Positions 24,815-37,555 of a stretch of 64,000 bases of DNA are shown here, in pieces (the first letter of the stretch is position 1; each line of letters starts with the position of its first letter). The notes below the pieces were generated by a model. It had not been told where the DNA came from, did no database searches, and saw only the letters and a list, made by a program, of their open reading frames with translations. Location: NCBI GenBank assembly GCA_045837725.1, contig JBEWZL010000126.1, forward strand, positions 248,001-312,000, in the 5' to 3' direction. The translations under genes were made by a program, and so were the position numbers. The stretch comes from Vermamoeba vermiformis (Eukaryota).

Positions 24815-26131
24815 TTACAATTCGAGTTTGAATTTGATCTCGGTAACGCTCCAATTATAAAATTTGACGAAGTATCCGACCGATGACATTTTTTCGATAT
24901 ATTTTCGTAGTTGATTTGATTGCAGGTTCCAATCAATTCTAAGAAATTCTTTGCTATTAAACCACCTAATTTGATCTTCTATCGTTGCATTGGCTCGATC
25001 ATGCGGCGTTTTTGTTTCGCTGATCTCTTTCGCGGGCTTTTTTTTATACCAAAATTCATATCTAATGGAGTAAATAATTAATATTGATAATAATATAATC
25101 ATTAATATTACTAAGTACCCTAATGTCGAAAAGTCTTTGATAATTTGCTCGCTGAAAAATCCTTTTTTCTTTTTAGTCCAATACCAACTGCCGATAAATT
25201 CACAGAACGCGCTGTTCATTAACGAATTTTCAACTGACGCCCAATAAGGATTCTTATTCGTATGTGTCGATGAAATCAATTCTTTGGCCTTTGTAATAAT
25301 TTCATCATCGTTATCGTCCTTTGAAAATTTGGCTTTTCTGTCAATCTTTTTGATGATTTTTTTCGCTTCATCGACTAATTTATTGCCAATATTAATAAAT
25401 TAAGCCATAATTATATTTATTTTAACGTACCGTCTAATTTATCTTCGGTGTCAATCCACTTGTTGATTATTTTTCGTTTAGACGAATAAATAAATATTCC
25501 CATAGGGCAACATAATACGTCGAAAAGTAATCGTCCATTAATATTCGATAAATAGCCTAAAAGGAAAAATTACTTAGAGCCGCATCCAATTTCAAAAGTG
25601 AATTAGCTAATTTACCTGTATTAGCAACATGATCTTGCACCACGCCTATCATATCCTCATTTGATATTAAATTCGGGTAATTTTGAGGCCATCCATTGTC
25701 ATCACATTCGACTGGATGCGTATGATAAGTGAACGGAACGTCATCATTAACATAACAAACGGTGTATCCATTCTTAGGCACTTTATCATGCGATATAACT
25801 GATTCTGATTGAGCCTTAGTGTTATTATCGACAAATAACGCAACTGTTTTGTGCTTTTCAGAAGTGACGATCGTTTTCGTGCAGAAAATCCCGCCTAATT
25901 TTTTAAATTAATATTAATAAATCAAATAGTGATATTATTGAATATAAAATGTTTATACTTATTAGAATATTAATTAAGTAATTTTTGGCGTTTTAACTAA
26001 CCGATTTCTTGTTGGATCTTCATTGATTCGGACCAAATGTCACGCAAGTCTTTGATTGTTTGAGCTGGTATTACAAATTGCGCATTTTCTAACATATCTA
26101 GAACATCATCTTTGCTAACTGTGGTGTTCAT
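24815..26131 (-). CDS. JAB/MPN+ (JAMM)-like metalloprotease domain protein, multi-exon
   Basis: Spliced product MNTTVSKDDVLDMLENAQFVIPAQTIKDLRDIWSESMKIQQEI|GGIFC...FTYHTHPVECDDNGWPQNYPNLISNEDMIGV gives E-x-G...HxH...SxxD. The C-terminal region is not recognised. Confidence 0.6.
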
Positions 26132-26215
26132 TTGCGACGCTGAGTTAAATTAAATTGTAGCCCAGTTTTTCTCCTCACTTTGACTTAAATTCATTATGCT
26201 AATATAGTTGTTTAG

Positions 26216-26419
26216 GTGAGGGTTTAGGCTCTCGCATGCTTAGTGAGATTATTTCTAAGGCAGATCGAGACAACTTACCAGCAACCCGTCTTGCTTGAAG
26301 CTTCCAGCGAAAGAAACAAAAAGTTATACAATCGATTTGGATTTCAAGAATTAGGAGCTGTAAGTGCACTCGATCCAACAGTCAAATTTACCTTGATGCT
26401 GCGACCCGTGCCAAAATAA
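26216..26419 (+). pseudogene. Orphan last exon of a GNAT acetyltransferase
   Basis: A splice acceptor is followed by EGLGSRMLSEIISKADRDNLP[7-nt insertion]VLLEASSERNKKLYNRFGFQELG..LMLRPVPK*. No upstream exons are present before the divergent gene at 26131. Confidence 0.8.
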
Positions 26420-26478
26420 ATGTGACAAAATCGAAGTAAATTTCTTCTTCGTGTGGATCTCATTATTTTATTACCACA

Positions 26479-27273
26479 ATGCGTAAGATACAAACATCGG
26501 AGGATAGGAAAAAGGCCGTTAATATTTTAACAGCTGCGTTTACTGGGGATTCGATTACGGAGTACATCCTTCCCAGCGAATCCGGCAAAAGAGCTTTCTT
26601 TTCTATCATCACCAATTTTTTCACGAAGCATACATATTTATATGAAGACAAAGCAGCTGCAGTTTGGTTTAAAAAAGGAGAAGCGAATAAATCGAGCATT
26701 TGGCAATATTTCAGGTCACCAATCAGCACGCTGAAAATGTTTTATGAATCTGGACGAAGAGGCAAAAATTTTGGAGAGGTTAGTATCAATAAAAGATTAT
26801 TATTGTAATTACGGATTATTTTGGGAGCACATTAAGTAGTCGGCCGTAATCATTGCTTTTTGGCTAATTATGGTCATTAATGGTTACATTAATAGGCTCT
26901 CGAACGTGTAGAACAATCTCAGCAAAGAAAATTATCTGGCATATCTCAATTTTACTACATCTACTTTTTAGCGGTCGATCCCCGCTACCAAGGTACGATT
27001 TCGGCATTTAACGCCTTATTAAGTTAATAATCTGACTAAGTATACTAATGAAATTAAATAGGACAAAGTTTGGGCTCAAGAATGTTAAATGAAATCACTT
27101 CAAAAGCGGATCGCGAAAATTTACCGGTCCTTCTGGAAGCTTCAAACGAAGGAAGCCGCAATTTATATTTGAAACATGGTTTTGAAGAATTCGATCGGGT
27201 TTATATGCCCGACAATCAAGATGTAAAGTTCATGATGATGATCCGAAATCCAAAAGCAACAACCAAAAACTAA
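26479..27273 (+). CDS. GNAT family N-acetyltransferase, 3 exons
   Basis: Motif A YIYFLAVDPRYQG|QSLGSRML and motif LPVLLEASNEGSRNLYLKHGFEE. Confidence 0.88.
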
Positions 27274-27637
27274 TAAACTAGGTAATTGAACGATAGATAC
27301 GGTTAAAATATATTATCTAAAGCATACCAAACGTGCCATATTAACTAATCTAATTAGAAATAAGATTTCAAAAACTGCTCTTTTTGCGGTGTCGATTTGG
27401 TGCACTTGTAGCAGCGCAACATAGCAAGTAAGCGGTCTGCCAAGCTACAAGAACAGCTACAACGGCGGCTACTTTCTATAGGTCGAGTGTTGCCTGGAGG
27501 AACGTTCGTCGTGCTGAGATTTGGGGTGCGTATCTGTTGTTTCAACCGGGTTCCTTTCGATCCTATTTTGTTCGCTCGTAACTCGGTCTGATTATTGTGA
27601 CTAAATCTACGAATCATTGAACAATATGATAATGCTT

Positions 27638-28869
27638 TTATTCCTCAATTTCTATCATATCGACAGAGGCTTTTTCGTTCAGTTTGTCGTAACTGTAGCT
27701 GGGAACAGACGGTTTTGCGCACTTGTATCGGAACAACAAAATGAATAGCAGCACTAACGGAGCTACGATTGCAATGGCAATGGCAACGTACAGCCACGGA
27801 CTCATTTTGAAGCCATCTGGAGTATTTTCATTGTCACTTTGTTGATGCGGAATGTTGGATGCGAAGGGTCCTTGTTCATTACTGCTTGGTTGACGCGGAA
27901 CGTTGTATGTTATGGGTTCCTTTTCATTGCCACTTGGTTGACTAGGAACATCGGATGCGATAGGTTCTTGTTCATTGCCACTTGGTTGACGCGGAGCATC
28001 GGGTCCGAACGGTCCATGTGTATTATCACTTGGCGGACTAGGAATGTCGGGTGTGACGGGTTCTTGGGTCGTAAAACAAGGCCGGCAGTCCGTACTGTTC
28101 GTGTACATTGAAGTCATCTCTTGACACTTGGCATCATCGAAGCAAAATAGGCAACAATCGTAGCAAAAAGGTTTGACGTAGGGTACTGGTGCATTCGGAT
28201 CTGCTAGGGTGACATTGCAATCTCCGTGGGTTTTGCAAGGGGCGAGAGCGACACAAGGTTGGGTGAGCGGAAGGTATGGAAAATAGAACCCAGTTCCATC
28301 ACAAAATTGCGATACATTGACGTTTTGCTTAGGGCACATACCTTGCCAAGCGCTGTACATACCAGGTTGGCAATAGAGTGAAGAAGAGACGTTCGAGGCA
28401 ACATTGAATATCGCACAAACCTTTTTCGGAAAGTTTGCTCTGTGCCCTTCGCAAAATTCATCGTCTATTTCAAGCATGGCACAAGCACCTTCGCGTACTG
28501 TTTGAGCAAGGCATGTGGCAGTGAATAATAGAAGAGCTATAGCAATTAAAGCCACCGTTCGGGTTGCACGATCTGAAACAGGTTGGTTATTACATTGGAG
28601 ATACTAGGTAAGTACTGAATTAATAATTTTATTCGAATACCACTACCTATTAATTAATCATAATAATATTATTTTCGGGTACACCCGTAATTTTAATTAA
28701 TTTAGAATGCTCATTAATGCATTTATTAATTTTAGCAAGCATGATTAAACGACAAAAAGGATATCTCTAGTGAAATACTTTAGTAATAATCATTTACAGT
28801 GTTTTTGCGATCCTCGTTTGGGATTCAGTCGTCTCGTTTGAGAAAACAAATATCAGACGTACCTGGCAT
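27638..28869 (-). CDS. Type I membrane protein: Cys-rich ectodomain, 16-aa repeat stalk, TM segment, YDKL tail
   Basis: Micro-exon ATG CCA G at 28863-28869 splices to DRATRTVALIAIALLL. Many Cys residues, TM segment WLYVAIAIAIVAPLVLLFILLF, tail YSYDKL. Confidence 0.72.
27827..28066 (-). repeat. Coding tandem repeat, 5 x 48 bp (16 aa)
   Basis: QEPVTPDIPSPPSDNT/HGPFGPDAPRQPSGNE/QEPIASDVPSQPSGNE/KEPITYNVPRQPSSNE/QGPFASNIPHQQSDNE. Confidence 0.85.
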
Positions 28870-29174
28870 TAAATTATTTAAAAAGGAGAAGTAATGCAAG
28901 TGTTGTGGTGATGGGAGCGTATTCTTTCGTAAAAATTCCAGGTTCAAAGCGTTGCGCCAAGTCCAGTGCTGTCATTCGTCGTCACTTTCAACGCGGAAAA
29001 ACTTGGCGGTTCATAAACATTTATCACAAAGCAAAAAATTGATTCCTAATCATTCCATGCTTTCCAGAATAAATTATTTAAACTACGTGTCTTTAATTAC
29101 AAGCTAACAAATAAATAAGATTTTTACAAATTGGATTGGTGTGTTTAGTGTATTCGTCTATTCGCGATGAATAT

Positions 29175-31471
29175 TTACAGCACGAACGGCAACAAAACCA
29201 TTGCAATTGCAGCGGCAACGGCCACGCTAGTGGATTGGCCTTCAGCACCATTAAAGCTTCGGTTGATGGTCGGAGTGTCGTAGATCGGGGAAACAGGGAC
29301 TGGATCCGGAATAGGAGCTGCGATAGGAGTATCGTATGACGTTGGTGCTCTTGGCGGGACTTGAGGAGGCGCAGTAAATCCTAAAATGGAAATTTAATAA
29401 AATTGATAAAATTTTTCAAACGCAGATCCAGCGTTGAATACTTACTGCAAGTAAGTTCACCATCGCAAACGCTAGAGACGAGTGATTGACAGCATTCTAA
29501 TTTAGTATAAGCAATACCACAAGACTCTAAGTAGATCGCGTTCTTGAAGTTCGTGGGAATGCAGCCGTAGATGTCCTTGTTGTTACCGACCATACTAAGC
29601 GATTATAATATTAGTACTCAATCATAAAGAGATCATAGTTATTAAGTGTCGAGTAGAATTGGTTTGGTTGGTTTTTCAGACGTGGATTTGAAACCTCGAG
29701 ACTTACAATACGGTGAGCGAAGTAGCAGGCAAAGCGTTGAAAAATGCTTCAGGAATACCACCAGTCAATTGATTGCTGGAGACGTCGAATTGAGTCATGC
29801 TGCCGAACGTAGTCCAAGTGACGGGGATGGTGCCAGTCAATTGGTTGTTGGCGCCGTTGAGGATGCGAAGAGTAGTGGCGACTTTCAATGACTCGGGCAA
29901 TTCACCGCTAATTTTGTTTCCGAAGAAAATGCTGATGAAAATAATTAAATTAATATTTTTCAATTTCCGGAGAACACATCCGTTTGACTCGATGTTAAAA
30001 GAAGAGACTTATCGTGTAATTATATCGGCCTTAGTATTACTTACAATTCTTGCAAGGCAGGAGTGCTCCATTGTTGAGGCAAAGAGCCTGTAAGAGCGTT
30101 CTTTGACAAGTAAATGAACTCAGCCGTAGGAACGGTAGCAATAATGTCGGGAATGGTGCCGCTGAACGTGTTATCGTGGAGGTCCCTAATAACATCGTGT
30201 AATTAGTATTTGGTTCGAAAAGATTGATTTGTACAGCTCGGATGTACTTACATAATAACGAGATTTCGGCTAGTGAACCAAGTAGAGTTGATTGAGCCAC
30301 TAAATTTGTTCTCACGCAAGGAGAGGACTTGCAAATTGTTGAGATTGGCGCCAAAATTATCGGGCAAAGACTCGAATTGATTGGTACCAATAATGCTGAA
30401 ATATTAAAAATATTAGAGCGGCTCGATTACGACTAAAATAGACCAGAAATATTATAGAAGGTACACTATATAGTATAATATAGATATTTGAGCGAATTTT
30501 TGGTCACTTACAATGAGCGGAGGTTGTTCAAGTTGTTCACTGAAGTAGGAATGGTTCCAGTAAACTTATTCAAGCGCAATACGAGCTCTTGCAATAGAGG
30601 CAATGCACCAATACTGTCGGGCACGGTACCAGTCATTTGGTTGTTTTCGACATTGAAGACCAAAAGCTTGTTGCAAGATCCGATCGTGTCTGGAATGGTT
30701 CCGTCCAATTTATTAGCTCGCAAGTTACTATAAAACCAATACGTTAGCACATTCAATCGATTCAGAGATTTGATAGTCCACAAGCACGATCCGCAACGGG
30801 ATCCGAAACAACCGATGGAAATTTCGCCGAAAAGAATTCTTAAAAGTGATTTGAGAATCTTCGTGCCGCTTTGGTTGATCCCAAATATGATATTATGCTC
30901 GTAGAATGTTTACTTACAGGTTCTTCAAGGTATAGACAGCAGAGATTTCGGTTGGGATCCCGCCAGTAAAAGCATTCTCGTCAGCGATGCTATTATTCCG
31001 AAAAAAATCAGTAAATTGCTACAATAGGAATAGAATTATATTCTCGTTGCGTGGAGACTTACAAATCTTCAAGGAAAAACATTCCACCAATAGTAGTAGG
31101 GATCGTACCAGCAATGCCAAACTTGGACAGCTTCCTTTATTGAGAAATTCCTTAACGTTAGTACTAATGCTATAAAAAATACTATTAAAGTAAGATTATA
31201 CGCGTCGAGTTACGCTGGTTATCAAGGTCGAAGTTTCGAGCAAATGAATCAAATTAAAGCGAACTTACAAAGCTACGATGTGATCATTGTTGCAATCCAA
31301 GCCAGCCCAGCTAGTACAAGCTGTATCGACAGTAGTAGAGGTCCAATTCTGGGGTATGTTGCTGAGCTTGAGAAGATCTTTCAAGAAGTCCTTCTCGGAT
31401 TCGAGCAGAGCAGTAGAAACAGCGAAGTAAGCTGCGAATATAAGTAAAGTTGAAAGGGTAGATCTCTTCAT
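29175..31471 (-). CDS. Secreted, probably GPI-anchored plant-type LRR protein (LRR-RLP/PGIP-like)
   Basis: Signal peptide, LRRNT cap NW....ACTSWAGLDC, repeats LxxNxLxGxIPxxIG, a Pro-rich stalk and the C-terminal hydrophobic tail STSVAVAAAIAMVLLPFVL*. Confidence 0.85.
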
Positions 31472-31737
31472 GGTTTAGAGTTGATTGGAATCGCAACAGC
31501 AGAGAATTGTAGTTGGATTTAGTCTCGCGTGGATGTGTTCGATTCTACGAGTAATTTGAAAATAACGTATGTGCAAGACCTAAAACCAGTTTTAAAGCCA
31601 AGAGTTTTTCGTTATTTTGCTTTTTTGAAAAGATCATCGAACTAATTAGAGTGATTTTTCGTGTGGTTAAGTTATGGATTTCGAAAATAATTCGTTTTGC
31701 TAACTTCAAACGATCTAAAAATTGCCCAGCAATTCAG

Positions 31738-32010
31738 TTAATTTGAGGACAGCAAATTGGGGTGGAATAAATATCTTCTAGCTTTGTAAATGCGTGATAA
31801 TTAATTTTTAAATCCGTTATAAACTTCGTATTATTCAACCAGCGTTTGCACGTGCTTGAAACCCTATCATAATATTAATAAATATTATTGCACGTTATGA
31901 GAAAATGTTTCGTACCTCAGATCCATTCGTCAGGCTCACAGAAGGTTCAAGATAAGCAGATTCAGCTCTGTTGGCAGTTGCTCGAACAAGAAGCGTGGTG
32001 ATTCTTCCAT
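31738..32010 (-). pseudogene. Truncated F-box gene remnant, paralog of the 5' end of 32437-33683
   Basis: Translation MEESPRFLFEQLPTELNLLILNL*..EWI.|VSSTCKRWLNNTKFITDLK, with the same intron position as the neighbouring gene. No LRR region follows. Confidence 0.7.
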
Positions 32011-32436
32011 TGCTAAGTAATGATACAACGTTATAGACTTGTCTTTCAAATTGCTTTCATTGTTTTGTGTGGCCACAAACAAAAACACGAAACAAAATTT
32101 TTTTTTTTTTTTTACAGCTTATTTACAGTACCACAAGACGTAACCAGACGCACTAATTCTTCTTTTTATAGCCGTAGCTTCTGGAGGTTTTCTGATCGAT
32201 TGATGGAAGAAATTTATTCGTCAGCATCTCACACGGAGACAACGAGCAGATCTTGCATCAAATGAAGATTTGCAAACGCTGATAATGAACTAGATCTATC
32301 ATATCTTACAGCTTTAGAGCATTGTTATGTGGTAAAAGGCCTCCTTCTTTTACGACAAGCACGGCTTGCGTCGTTAACCTGGATTGCCTCTTGTCACGTA
32401 ACGATGCTGCTAGACCCAAGGTTAATTACCGCTCGT

Positions 32437-33683
32437 TCAGTTATATGAATTTGTTATAACTGATAGTGTATTAATTCCGTTCAATTTTTGTTGCTGCAAT
32501 CGCAATTCCGCACTGGCATCGATTTTTAACGTTTTGAGGCTTGTAAAATATCGTTGAATAAGATCTGCCAAGTCTATTTGTGTCTTATTTGATGCACCAT
32601 AAAGGACTTGTACATATGAAATATCCAAATAGGTCATTTTTGAAAGTTTTGTCAGATGTCGCAAACCGTTCAACGGATCTTGGTTTCCAACCACCATTTC
32701 GCCCTCATCTGAGTCTTCCATCGTCATTTCATCTTCTGGAATTATTTTTTGTAATCCATTTAGTGCCAATACCTCTAAATTTGTCAAATCCGCGAAGTGT
32801 TTGAATTCATCGTCTGTTATGTAAGCGTGTGGCATCTCTAATTTCGTTAATTGTGTCATTCTGCCAATATATTTAAATTTGATATAGGTGTTGGTAGCGT
32901 AATCTATTTGTAAAGACTTCAACTTGACCAACGCCGAATAAAAAATTTTGCTCGGGATCTTTTTCCAAGTAGCGTGTGCAACGGTAAACTCTAATCTTTC
33001 TAAATTAACCAATCGTTTTAAAAGCTCTGCGAATGGTTTGCCATCCTCAGGCGAATCGTTCAAACGTAACGATTTAAGTTGCGTAAGAGATCCATAACTC
33101 TGGTATAGATGAGATGCATTAATGTATTCTAGAGACCTAAGGCTAGTACACTTCTCAAGGAAGTCTATAATAAGCATAAATAGGTTAGAATCGCTTTGGA
33201 AATTGGTGAGCTGATCCAGATACGAAAATTAAGGTTTGCCACCAATAATTTGATAGTACATTGCTTATAATTATGGCACTTATAACTTACCGTTAATTAA
33301 TGCGCAAGATTGAGGCAGATCTGGTGTTAGTTCCAAGGATCGAAGACTTTCAGGGTTGAATCTTTTCAAATACGCGGCGATGCCAGTTAGATTCAACGGA
33401 GCAGGTTTAAAGCTACGCTTATTGGCCCTGGGATTGTAATCAGCAACTAACAATGGCCTTCGTGTAAATTCTAATTTTAAATCCGTAATAAATTTGGTGG
33501 TATTCAACCAACGCTTGCAAGTTCGTGAGACCCTAAAATTTTTATTAATTGTTATTCATTTTCCTAATTTTCTACGTTGGCTTACTTGATCCATTGGTCC
33601 GGGTCAGGAATCAAGCCGAAAATAATTGAATTTATTTCGGCTGGTAGTTGCTCGAACAAAAAATAATCCGATTTAGTATCCAT
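32437..33683 (-). CDS. F-box/leucine-rich repeat protein
   Basis: F-box MDTKSDYFLFEQLPAEINSIIFGL..WIK|VSRTCKRW followed by LxxLxxLxL repeats. Confidence 0.8.
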
Positions 33684-33948
33684 GATAATAGTAGTGTTGT
33701 ATTTAGCGCAGTTGAAAAAACACTCATTGAGTAACGGTCCAAACCTCGTGCCTGATAAATATTATTTTAATTTTACACCAAATGAAACAACCTCACTTGA
33801 CCAACCAACATATCATCAAATGGTAATAGTGTAGTTTCAGACGTCGATGGAACCCGATCGCGCCAGCTGTCAAACATCACTCAGCAGTGGTTATTAATTA
33901 CGCGGCCGTTGGTACCACTTTTCAATGCTTATTTTTTAACATCATACC

Positions 33949-35689
33949 ATGCAACAGTATATTGTGATATTTCTTTGCTTGTTTGGCCTTCACAGAGCAG
34001 CCTCGTCGTTTGAGCCAATCTGGGTTTCTCCGCCAAACCCCAACATTGACGAAAGCGGTAAGTAAAACGATAAGTTTACTTGTGTGGATAATTTTATTGG
34101 TATTTTACAATCGTTGGTTGATTTAAGTGTTGGCAGACAAGCACAAATCTGCCGAAAACAAAAAATAATGTTATTATTTCACAATAATGTTATTAATTAT
34201 TTGATTCTCAGTCGCAATTATGGAGAGCTACATCGTAGAGAGAGGTACTTGGGCTACTCTAGAGGTCGGAGTCGGTTCTCGTGGGAATGGACCTCTAGCG
34301 GCAATGGATTCGAAGGGCATTTTGTGGCTCATGTTTGGCTCTGCATATCGCAATGGCACTATGAATCTATTCAACGTATGGAATTACAACCCCAAAGCGG
34401 ATCAGTATCGTTACGTTTGGGGAAACAATGAAACTGCCAGATCAGATCCACGCGACCCTGGTGCACTTCGAGTACCTTCTTCATCAAATCATCCTGGTGG
34501 GATAGACTATGGAGGCATAACTATCGACAAGAACGATAATATTTGGATCACTTCGTCGAACTACGAAGGAGAATTGTGGATGTTCAACACCACATCCATG
34601 ACGTTTGTCCGAATGCACGGGCTCGATTCCGAGACGTCACAGCCTAGTGTTGGCGCTACACCTGGTCAGCCCGGAGAGGACGTGTGGCCTGGATATATTG
34701 AAGGTCAATGCATGGTCACTGACACGAAGAACAACCTCTGGATCTTGTCCGGTTACATCGTCAATGAATTCACGAGCGGCGTTTGGCACTTCAACACGAC
34801 ATCGTTTTTATGGACATTCGTTCATGGAAACATTGAAAACCCTGGCCTAGGCAACAATGCAACGTACTTTGGTGGCACGTGGATGTCGGGCTGCTTCATC
34901 GATGCGAACGACAAAGTCTGGCTGTACGGTGGATGGGGACCTAATGAGTCCGCTTACGACGACTATGGCAGCATTTGGACGTTTGATACACGCACCAAGA
35001 GAGTGTGGGAGCTCGAGTGGGGTCCTGATACTTACATGGCTCGTCCTCGATCCGTGTCATCCGACTATCATCCTGACAATCATCCTGGTGCTGGTGAAGG
35101 CATGGTGTTTGTTGATCGATTGGACGGCACTCTGATGCTTGCTGCTACTGCCTCCTACGACACCAGTGGGGACTGGGGCCGAAGTGACCAAGTGTGGCTG
35201 TACAACAAGAGCTTGAAGCAGTGGAAGCTCGTGCACGGTGACATTAACGCTGTTGAGGCCAGTCTTACAAACGAGTTTGTGAACTATCGTCAACCCGGCT
35301 CTCGCTATCCTGGTTCGGTTTATCCTGCTCGGTCAAATGGCATTAACTTCAACGGTGATATTTATGTCATTGGTGGTGGACCTAATTACTTCCTTCCAAA
35401 ACCTAATGCTCGTAATGACATCTGGCTCATTCCCAACGATCAGTGCTCTTCACCAACTGCCAACAAGTGCGATGCCAACGCTGATTGCATCGAAGCGATG
35501 ATTGGGTACTCGTGTGTGTGCAAACAAGGCTATATTGGTGATGGATTCATGTGCGATGTTCGTGCTACGCCAATAGCTCCAAGAACACCAGCGGCAACGC
35601 CTATTAAGAAATCAGTCAGCAGCGGTGCATCCACCGTTATTCCTTCAGTTTTTTTTATTTTGCTCGTTGTTGCCAATATTTGTATATAA
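33949..35689 (+). CDS. Secreted Kelch-like beta-propeller protein with EGF domain and GPI-type tail, copy 1
   Basis: Signal-peptide exon, repeated D..N.LW..GG..W.FNT...W units, EGF CDANADC..MIGYSCVCKQGYIGDGFMC, hydrophobic C-terminus. Confidence 0.85.
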
Positions 35690-35810
35690 TATTGCTAGTA
35701 AGTGTATATAAATAGCCTTTTTTAGTCTTGGCATAATCTAAGTTCAACCGAAAAACGGGTTTCAACAACGGTTAAAAATTAAATTACTTTATAAATTCAA
35801 AGCATCGACC

Positions 35811-37555
35811 ATGCAAAATTACATTTTAACAGGTCTTTGCTTGCTGGCGACGATTGGACTTTATGGAACCGCTTCTGCGGTAGAACCGATCTGGATTTCT
35901 CCCTTGACCGTTAACCCCGGAGGCAAGTTTGACCTTTTTGTAATTAAGCAAAGTCAAAATATATCTATTTACCTACGCAAGATATTGCAGATACCAACAT
36001 TATTTAATTTAGATTTAATTTTCAAGACAAAATAAATAAAGCCTTTTTGGTAGATTTAAACTAATAAATTGTAGCGGATATCCCCGAAAGCTACGACGCC
36101 AGCAAGAACGTGTGGGCAAACATTTCCACAGGTGCCGGTTCTCGCGGAGTAATGCCGATCGTGGCTATGGATTCGAAGGGCATTCTTTGGATCCTCGGTG
36201 GTACTGTTAATCGTGACAACACCGGTGATAGTCTGTTCAACGTATGGAACTATAATCCTAAAACTGATCAATACCGTTATGTTTGGGGAAGTAGCGACAC
36301 CGCTCGATCTGATCCGATAAACGTTGGTGAGCTGAGAGTGCCCAATGAACTCAATCATCCTGGTAAAATATACTACTCATTAAGCACTATCGATAAGAAC
36401 GATAATATATGGTTTGCTTCTTCCGAGCACGACGGCGAGTTGTGGATGTTCAACACCACATCCATGTTGTTCACGAGAATGCAAGGAACATATCCGGACA
36501 CTGGTTTGGTAAGTATTGGGGCTGAACCAGGTCAACCTGCCCAGGACGTATGGCCTGGCTTTGTAGAAGCAGCGTGCATGATCACTGACTCGATGAACAA
36601 CCTCTGGATCTTGGCCGGTGCCAACAGCAACGGCTACACTAACACTGTTTGGCACTTCAACACGACATCATACTTGTGGACCTTCATCGCTGGAGACCCA
36701 ACGCAAGAACTTGCTCTAAATCACAACGCAACATTCTATGGTGGTACTTGGGCTCCTGGTTGTTTCGTCGATGAGAACGACAAAGTGTGGTTGTTCGGTG
36801 GCTACGGCAGAACACGTGACTCTTATGCCAATTATGGTAGTCTGTGGACATTTGATACACGTGGCAGTAGACAGTGGGTACTTGAATGGGGCGTTGACAC
36901 AGCGCAAAGCCTTCCGTTGTCCGTGTCATCTAACTACGACCCTGACAATCGTCCTGGCTCTGGTCAAGGCCAAATCCTCGTTGACCGGTTGGATGGCACG
37001 CTCATGATGGTGCCCAACGGTGGTAATAACGATGCAGGTGACTTGGGCCTGTTGAACCAATTGTGGCTGTACAACAAGACCTTGAAGCAGTGGAAGCTCG
37101 TGCACGGTGACACGAGCTCACTCGATGCTGCTGCTGACTATGTGAGCTATCGTCAGACTGGCAATAGTTATCCTGGCTCATTTTACCCTGGTCGTGGTAT
37201 CGACATGAACGGTGATGTGTACATTGTTGGTGGTGGCGTTGGTCCTTTTACCGCTGTCCCTAATCGCAATGACATCTGGCTCATTCCCAACGATCAGTGT
37301 TCTTCTCCAACTGCCAACAAATGTGATGCCAACGCTGATTGTATCGAGGAGATGTTCGGTTACTCGTGTGCCTGCAAACAAGGCTACACAGGTGATGGAT
37401 TCACGTGCACACCTGCTCCTGTTGCTCCAATTGCCGTTCCCGTTGGTGCTCCTGGGCCTGTCACGCCTGTCGCTGCCACCCCAAAGAAACAAACGAGCAG
37501 TGCTTCAGTCATTGGCTCTGCCGTCGCTTTAATGGCACTCGTTATAGCTTTGTAG
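35811..37555 (+). CDS. Secreted Kelch-like beta-propeller protein with EGF domain and GPI-type tail, copy 2 (tandem paralog)
   Basis: Collinear with copy 1. The single intron 35923-36074 (GC-AG) keeps the frame. Confidence 0.85.

Noticed and set aside
27827-28066. 48-bp periodic repeat as a CRISPR-like array
   Set aside because: The units are degenerate in-frame coding repeats with no repeat-spacer structure and no cas genes.
28755-28764. ATATCCTT (U12-type donor-like) on the minus strand
   Set aside because: It lies inside an ordinary GT-AG intron that already restores the frame, and no matching exon boundary is seen.
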